NCBI GenBank assembly: GCA_947474065.1
Contig: CANJHD010000007.1
Coordinates: forward strand, 2,365-66,364
Direction: 5' to 3'
Length of the DNA: 64,000 nucleotides
DNA from: Planctomycetaceae bacterium
Lineage (GTDB): Bacteria > Planctomycetota > Phycisphaerae > Phycisphaerales > SM1A02
Positions within the stretch are counted from its first letter, which is position 1; each line of letters begins with the position of its first letter. Positions 58,146 to 64,000 of the stretch are shown here, in pieces. The position numbers and the translations under genes were made by a program. The notes beneath the pieces were generated by a model. That model was not told the DNA's origin. It searched no databases and saw nothing but the letters and a program-made list of their open reading frames with translations.

Positions 58146-59255
58146 ATGCGCACTGAATCCCTCGCGTTCCTGCGGAAGCTCCTCGATACACCCAGTCCAT
58201 CCGGCTTTGAACGCGAAGGTCAACGCGTTTGGCTCGACTACGTCCGCGCCAACGGCGCTACGCGGACTTGGAATGACGCGTATGGCAACTGCTTTGCGGA
58301 ATTGCTGCCTACCCCCAGCGATAATCCGAGGAATGAGAGCAAGATATTCACCGTTGCCATCTGTGGCCACGCGGATGAAATCGGCCTCATGGTGCAGCAC
58401 ATTGATTCCAATGGGTTCATCTATTGCCGCTCAATCGGGGGAATCGATGCGGCATCAATCGTCGGCAAGCGGTTGCAATTTCGCTCCACTGTGAAAGGCG
58501 TGGATGCGCCAGTCATTGGTCTGATTGGTGCCACTGCCATCCATCTTCAAGACCGATCTGGCGAGCCCAAGGTTCGCAAGCTGCACGAACTCTTTGTGGA
58601 CATCGGTGCGAAGGACGAAGCGACTGCGCGGGCGCGTTTGAATATCGGCGACCCAGCCACCTTCCTCGATTCAAGCATGATGCTCTCCGATGAATTGATT
58701 GTGGCGCGCGCCCTCGACAATCGCATTGGTACATGGGTTGCGGCAGAGACGCTTCGCCTATGCGCAGAGAATTCCATGCGCAATGTTCGAATCGTTGCGG
58801 TGAGCACGGTGCAAGAAGAAGTGGGGCTACACGGCGCGGAAATGATTGCCGCGAGTTTGCATCCGAATGTTGCCCTTGTCACCGATGTTGGTCATGCCAC
58901 CGACAGCCCTGGAATCACCCAAGCGCAGCACGGGCAATTCAAGATGGGCGCAGGTCCAAAGATCGCTATCGGCGGCGCAATGCAGCCTGAAGTTGTCGCG
59001 CGACTTCTTGAAACCGCTGAACGGCTCACCATTCCACTGCAGCGTGGCGCTACGCCAGGCGCGAGCGGAACGGACACGGATTCCATCTTTCTCGCCGGTG
59101 GTGGAATTCCATCGGGCTTGGTGAGTTTCCCGATTCGCTACATGCACACAACCGTTGAAATGGGGAACTTGCGAGACCTTGAGCAGATTCCCGTGTTATT
59201 TGCGGGCTTCTGCGAAGGTCTTCGCGGGGACGAGCGCTTTGCGCCGACGCTCTAA
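58146..59255 (+). CDS. M42-family aminopeptidase
   Basis: SPSGFE, GHADEIG, ALDNR, QEEVG, GTDTD and RYMHT. Confidence 0.92.
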   Translation: MRTESLAFLRKLLDTPSPSGFEREGQRVWLDYVRANGATRTWNDAYGNCFAELLPTPSDNPRNESKIFTVAICGHADEIGLMVQHIDSNGFIYCRSIGGIDAASIVGKRLQFRSTVKGVDAPVIGLIGATAIHLQDRSGEPKVRKLHELFVDIGAKDEATARARLNIGDPATFLDSSMMLSDELIVARALDNRIGTWVAAETLRLCAENSMRNVRIVAVSTVQEEVGLHGAEMIAASLHPNVALVTDVGHATDSPGITQAQHGQFKMGAGPKIAIGGAMQPEVVARLLETAERLTIPLQRGATPGASGTDTDSIFLAGGGIPSGLVSFPIRYMHTTVEMGNLRDLEQIPVLFAGFCEGLRGDERFAPTL

Positions 59256-59331
59256 GGCTGCGCGTGTATGTCCCTGATATCCTGAGCGATCCCATGAGCA
59301 TGATGCCATGGCTGAGTGATCGCATGACCCC

Positions 59332-59955
59332 ATGATTCAGTTCCTTTCCATCGCCTTCCGCAACATGAAGACCGTGGGGACGATCTGCCCAAGTTCGCCG
59401 ATGCTGGCGAGATCACTCGCGGCTGCGGCGATCGAATCGACCTCTCCAAAGCGGATCTTGGAAGTTGGACCCGGAACCGGTCCGGTGACTAAGGAAATCT
59501 TGAAGTGCCTTGGCAAGGGCGATGTTCTGGACATCGTGGAACTCAGCAGCGAATTCTGTCGAGATCTTGATAACAAGATCCTCATGCCGTGGCGAACAAG
59601 CGGCAAGCCTGGCCAGGTGACACTGCACAACGCCGCCATACAACATGTTGAACTGGAAATGGGTTCTTACGACTGCGTGATCTGCGGTCTGCCATTCAAC
59701 AACTTTGAAATTGGACTTGTCGACACCATCATGCACCGCATGCTTGATTTGCTTCGCCCAGGCGGAGAGCTTTCATACTTCTGCTACTTGGGAGCAAAGA
59801 CGATGAAGAGCACCGTTCTGAATGGCCCCGGCCGCGACAACCTGCGTGCCATCGCTCGACTTGAGCGCGAACTGCACCTGACCCATTCTGGTTCACGACA
59901 TGTGGTCCTGGCCAATATCCCGCCTGCCGAAGTTCGTCGGCTGCAGAAGCCATGA
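59332..59955 (+). CDS. SAM-dependent lipid N-methyltransferase (PmtA/OlsG-like)
   Basis: VGTICPSS..LA, LEVGPGTGPVT, CGLPFNNF, LRPGG and NIPPA. Confidence 0.75.
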   Translation: MIQFLSIAFRNMKTVGTICPSSPMLARSLAAAAIESTSPKRILEVGPGTGPVTKEILKCLGKGDVLDIVELSSEFCRDLDNKILMPWRTSGKPGQVTLHNAAIQHVELEMGSYDCVICGLPFNNFEIGLVDTIMHRMLDLLRPGGELSYFCYLGAKTMKSTVLNGPGRDNLRAIARLERELHLTHSGSRHVVLANIPPAEVRRLQKP

Positions 59956-59965
59956 GCGCATTACC

Positions 59966-60631
59966 GTGAAAGAAGTACAAGACCATTTCTTCAAACTCGC
60001 CAAGGAAGAGGGCTATCGCGCTCGCAGCGCGTACAAGCTCACTGAACTTGACGACCGATTCAAGTTGATGCGCGTTGGTTCGCGTGTCCTGGACCTTGGG
60101 GCATGCCCGGGTAGCTGGATCCAGGTGGCCGCAGAGCGTGTTGGCGACCGCGGCGTCGTGGTGGCAATCGACTTGAAAGCTATTGATAAGCGTGGTTTCG
60201 GTCCGAATGTGCACCTCATTGAGGGTGATATCAACGAGCTGACGCGCGAGCACTTGCCGTATGCCATGGAAAGCAAACTCTTCGACACCGTCATCAGCGA
60301 CATGGGGCCGGATACCAGCGGCGTTCCCATGGCCGACAGTGCGCGCAGCGTGCAGTTGTGCCACGCCATGCTTGATCGACTGCCATTCTTGTTGCGCACT
60401 GGCGGCCATGCAACCATGAAGGTTTATGAGGGGGCTGATTACCCTGCCCTCGTCAGGCGTGCGCAAATGGTGTTTAACGAAGCCAAGGGATACAAGCCGA
60501 GCGCGAGCCGCGCTGAAAGCGTTGAGATGTTCATCGTGTGCCGCGGCTACCGCGGACCGAAGGACACTGGACCCGGACCGCGCGATCCTTCGCTGCCACA
60601 ACGCGCGCCGAGCAAGGGCTGGAACTCGTAA
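59966..60631 (+). CDS. rlmE: 23S rRNA Um2552 2'-O-methyltransferase (FtsJ)
   Basis: GYRARSAYKL, DLGACPGSW, SDMGP and KP.ASR.ES.E. Start taken at GTG 59966. Confidence 0.92.
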   Translation: MKEVQDHFFKLAKEEGYRARSAYKLTELDDRFKLMRVGSRVLDLGACPGSWIQVAAERVGDRGVVVAIDLKAIDKRGFGPNVHLIEGDINELTREHLPYAMESKLFDTVISDMGPDTSGVPMADSARSVQLCHAMLDRLPFLLRTGGHATMKVYEGADYPALVRRAQMVFNEAKGYKPSASRAESVEMFIVCRGYRGPKDTGPGPRDPSLPQRAPSKGWNS

Positions 60632-60641
60632 GTTCTGGCGC

Positions 60642-61895
60642 TTACTGGAGCGCTTGCAGCCGCTTGCACGCTTCGATTACTTTCTCGCGGGAATTGAATG
60701 CGCTGATTCGGAAGAAGCCTTCGCCGTGGCGACCGAAGCCTGCGCCCGGAGTAACTACCAGTCTTGCCTTGGTAAGCAGCGCATCGAACGCGTCCCAACT
60801 ACTCATGCCTGCGGGGCACGCCACCCAAACGTACGGGGCATGCTGCCCGCCCCACACTTGCAGGCCTTCGGCGGCGCATGCTTCGCGCAGAATTCGCGCG
60901 TTTTCCATGTAGAAATCGATCAACGACGCTACCTGTGCGCGTCCTTCGGGTGTGTAAAGCGCGGCGATCGCGCACTGCACTGGCCAACTGACGCCGTTCG
61001 AACAGGTAGCCCAACGCCTCATCCACAAGCGATGGAGCGAGACGCGCTCGCCACTGCGGGTTCGACCCTCGACGGCCTTTGGAACGACGGTGTAGCCCCC
61101 GCGCAGGCCGGTGAATCCGCCATTCTTAGAGAAGCTACGGAATTCCACCGCGCACCGATCAGCACCTGATATCTCGTAGATCGAGCGCGGCAACGACGGG
61201 TCGCGCACGTACGCCTCGTACGCGGCGTCGTAGCAAATCAGCGAGTCATTGGCGAGAGCCCACTCAACCCAACGAGTGAGCTGCGCGCGGGTGATCATCG
61301 CTCCGGTGGGATTGTTTGGATAGCAGAGATAGACCATGTCCACCGGTTCGGTGGGCGGCTCCGGGACAAATCCATTCGCAGGCGTTCCTGGCAGATAGAT
61401 AAGTCCTTCATATCCGCCGCCCGCAAGTGCGGGACCAGTATTGCCCTGCATGACGTTGTTGTCTACATACACGGGGTAGACCGGATCACACACCGCGGTG
61501 CGATTACCGCCCTGCGCTGGTGTGCCCGTGGCCATGATTTCCATGAAGGCACTGGCGTCCGGTTTACTTCCGTCCGAAACGAAGATTTCATCGGTTGCTA
61601 TTGCCATGCCACGATCACGGAAATCGCCCTTGGCAATTGCCTCGCGGACAAAGTCGTAGCCGGTTGCTGGTCCGTATCCACGGAAGGTGGCGCGATGAGC
61701 GAGTTCGTCGACAGCCGTGTGCATTGCCGCGATGACGGCGGGCGGAAGCGGCTCTGTGACATCACCAATGCCGCAGCGGATGATCTCTCCGGCCACGGCT
61801 GGATTCGCCTCCGCGAAGACGGTAACGCGACGGGCGATCTCGGGGAATAAGTAGCCGGCAGCCAGCTTCAGGTAGTGGTCGTTGATGAATGTCAT
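60642..61895 (-). CDS. dapL: LL-diaminopimelate aminotransferase
   Basis: YLFPEI, GIGDVT, GYGP, DPVYPVY, PNNPTG and SFSKNGGFTGLR. Confidence 0.95.
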   Translation of the reverse strand: MTFINDHYLKLAAGYLFPEIARRVTVFAEANPAVAGEIIRCGIGDVTEPLPPAVIAAMHTAVDELAHRATFRGYGPATGYDFVREAIAKGDFRDRGMAIATDEIFVSDGSKPDASAFMEIMATGTPAQGGNRTAVCDPVYPVYVDNNVMQGNTGPALAGGGYEGLIYLPGTPANGFVPEPPTEPVDMVYLCYPNNPTGAMITRAQLTRWVEWALANDSLICYDAAYEAYVRDPSLPRSIYEISGADRCAVEFRSFSKNGGFTGLRGGYTVVPKAVEGRTRSGERVSLHRLWMRRWATCSNGVSWPVQCAIAALYTPEGRAQVASLIDFYMENARILREACAAEGLQVWGGQHAPYVWVACPAGMSSWDAFDALLTKARLVVTPGAGFGRHGEGFFRISAFNSREKVIEACKRLQALQ

Positions 61896-62806
61896 GGCGC
61901 TGAGAATATTGAACCGTATTCCATTGGCTCCGGAACGATACTGATCGTCACCGGGGCGTCAACATTACGAATGAGGATCTTGTTGGTGCAAGTGCCGAGC
62001 GTCGCGTGCAGTGTGTCGTGATCATTACGTGGATCAACAACACGCCAGTCACCAGCTTCGACGCGCGTGAGAACCTTGCCGTTTACGCAGTCGATATCAA
62101 AGGTTCCACAAGTACCTGTGAAGGAGCGGAACACGATTTCTCCACCACGCGTGACCAGCGTGACATCTTCCGTGATAGCCCATGGCGTGATCATGTGGAT
62201 CTCACCATCTGAAGTTTCTACCGAACATGCACCGCGATTTTCGTAAATATGCACCTTGCCAGAGCGGGTCTTTACATGCACGCGACGCAACTCCGGAAGC
62301 TCAATATCGATATCTGTTTGGTGAAGCCAGGCTTCATCGTGCGCAGTGGTTCCGCGAAGTACGAGCGTTGGCACATCACCACCACGGCGAATCTCCGCCT
62401 TGACCGCCACCTGCGCAAGTGACGCGCGCGCCTCGTCGGTGCGATCGGCTCCATGACTGGCGGTAACGGTGACCTGCATGCGAACCTCGTTCTTGGTCTC
62501 GCGCCCAGAACGGATAACGACATCGCCGGCGAACGTCTCAAGGTCGATGTCGATAATGCCATCAACCGGAAGCACATAATTTCGCTCCTCAGTAACGGAA
62601 CCAGCGAAACTGGCAGAGATGCTGCTGGCTGAACGGTCGATTCCACGCTCCACAGAGCTGTGGCCCGCGCAGCCGGTGGTGCTGATGAGGGCAATGACGC
62701 CGATAGTGCCAATGGCGGCGCTCAGACAAGGCGCCCCCACAGCGCTCAAAGCGGAGGCGAGGAAGCGCACAGGTGCGGCGAGGCCAAGATGTCGTCGGGC
62801 GGGCAT
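61892..62806 (-). CDS. Putative lipoprotein with DUF4097/adhesin-like beta-solenoid
   Basis: Hydrophobic stretch ending TTGC; repeated ETFAGDV, KTRSGKV, ETSDGEI and VTRGGEI units. Confidence 0.65.
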   Translation of the reverse strand: MPARRHLGLAAPVRFLASALSAVGAPCLSAAIGTIGVIALISTTGCAGHSSVERGIDRSASSISASFAGSVTEERNYVLPVDGIIDIDLETFAGDVVIRSGRETKNEVRMQVTVTASHGADRTDEARASLAQVAVKAEIRRGGDVPTLVLRGTTAHDEAWLHQTDIDIELPELRRVHVKTRSGKVHIYENRGACSVETSDGEIHMITPWAITEDVTLVTRGGEIVFRSFTGTCGTFDIDCVNGKVLTRVEAGDWRVVDPRNDHDTLHATLGTCTNKILIRNVDAPVTISIVPEPMEYGSIFSAP

Positions 62807-62829
62807 CCCAAAGATTCTACGATGCCGCC

Positions 62830-64000
62830 ATGCTTTCGCCCGACATCCGTCGCGTCCTTCACATGCTCGCGGTGGCGTACACGGGCATGTACGGAAGTGC
62901 GGTCGCGCAAGTGCCGCAAGTGCCGCAAGTGCAACCAGCACCAGTGGCGGTGGATGCGCCGCGGCCGAAAGCACCCGCAATACCAGTGAAGGACGTCATC
63001 CGAGTTACCCTGCCAAAGGAATCGGCTGCGATCCTTGGCACCGAGGGTGGTGCAGGTCGAATGATCGTGTTCTTAGCCGCGGAGTCGACTCTGCAACCGG
63101 GTGATGAACCGCTCGATGCGCCATTCTTTGATGATCCGCAACCGATGTACTCGGTCGCTGTCAGTGACCTTGCGCCAGGATCCACCGTGACGCTCGGCGC
63201 GGATGCGATCAGCTTTCCAGAGCCGATCGCCATGCTCGACGGAACCTATCGGATTCAAGCCGTGTTTGACCGCAATCAAACTGAGCGCGGGCACATTGCT
63301 CCTGGAAATTTAGTGAGCGCGGTGTCAACCGTGACATTCAGTCGAGAGCGACCCGATGTGCATGATGTTGCATTGACTATCCGTATGCCAGAGCCAGATC
63401 GACCACAGGAGCCAAACCTGCGGTGGTTTGAAATGAAGAGTGCGCTTCTCAGCCGCGCCGCCGGTCGCGATGTAATGATGCGTGCTGGCGTAGCGCTGCC
63501 CACTGGCTGGGACGATCCGAACTTTCGTCGCCGCATGTTTCCTGCCATCTATGTAGTGCCCGGCTTCGGCGGTCGCTACACCGGCGCGAGCGGCATTGCG
63601 CGCATGCTTGCGACACCTGGTACTCGTGAGGTCATGCCGCAAGCCGTGTGGATTGTTCTTGACCCAGAGTCTGGGCTTGGGCACCACGGATTTGTGGACA
63701 GCCCCGCAAATGGGCCATGGGCACACGCACTGACGGAAGAATTCATCCCGGCACTTGAACGGCAATTTCGACTGATTCCCCGGACCGATGCGCGAATCAT
63801 CACCGGTCATTCAAGCGGCGGATGGAGTTCACTGTGGTTGCAGCTCACCCATCCAGAGACATTCGGGGCGTGCTTCAGTAGTTCGCCGGACCCACTTGAT
63901 TTCAGCAAGTTTCAGGCAGGCGACTTGTATGCCGATACCAGCATCTTCACTGATAGCGATGGCAAGGAGCGACCCTCGTACCGCGTGCCGCTCACGAAAC
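62830..64000 (+). CDS. Secreted alpha/beta-hydrolase (esterase-like), 3'-truncated by the window edge
   Basis: Open frame from ATG 62830 to the window end (absent from the ORF track), with DSPANGPW and the nucleophile motif GHSSGG. Confidence 0.85.
   Translation, partial: MLSPDIRRVLHMLAVAYTGMYGSAVAQVPQVPQVQPAPVAVDAPRPKAPAIPVKDVIRVTLPKESAAILGTEGGAGRMIVFLAAESTLQPGDEPLDAPFFDDPQPMYSVAVSDLAPGSTVTLGADAISFPEPIAMLDGTYRIQAVFDRNQTERGHIAPGNLVSAVSTVTFSRERPDVHDVALTIRMPEPDRPQEPNLRWFEMKSALLSRAAGRDVMMRAGVALPTGWDDPNFRRRMFPAIYVVPGFGGRYTGASGIARMLATPGTREVMPQAVWIVLDPESGLGHHGFVDSPANGPWAHALTEEFIPALERQFRLIPRTDARIITGHSSGGWSSLWLQLTHPETFGACFSSSPDPLDFSKFQAGDLYADTSIFTDSDGKERPSYRVPLTK

Overview
This 64-kb window is a gene-dense, GC-rich stretch of bacterial chromosome. 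It is most likely Planctomycetota, Phycisphaerae-like, inferred from the planctomycete-type cytochrome c domain, the orphan giant secretin, the VPGPG/PEP-CTERM-type sorting tail and the FHA-histidine kinase. Content is mostly housekeeping: dinB, sthA, a CDF/HlyD/ABC efflux set, kup, holA, astB, a MoxR ATPase, three tandem clpP paralogs, addAB (addA split by a frameshift), purKE, xerC, tRNA-Lys(UUU), a SNF2-SWIM pair, a STAS/anti-sigma pair, carA, priA, sucAB, S41 and M42 peptidases, rlmE and dapL. I saw no CRISPR array, prophage or IS element. The most striking unexplained signal is the 630-bp non-coding gap between purE and xerC (35072-35703). It holds an AT-rich block with nested inverted repeats and a dif-like 28-mer, followed by six consecutive GC-rich stem-loops whose G-U pairs favour a + strand RNA ending in a terminator. 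This is a candidate undescribed structured ncRNA, and it lies near an apparent switch in strand bias. Second is a compact cobalamin riboswitch controlling a PEP-CTERM-anchored protein that resembles the transcobalamin C-terminal domain. All calls come from reading motifs by eye; no database searches or folding programs were run.
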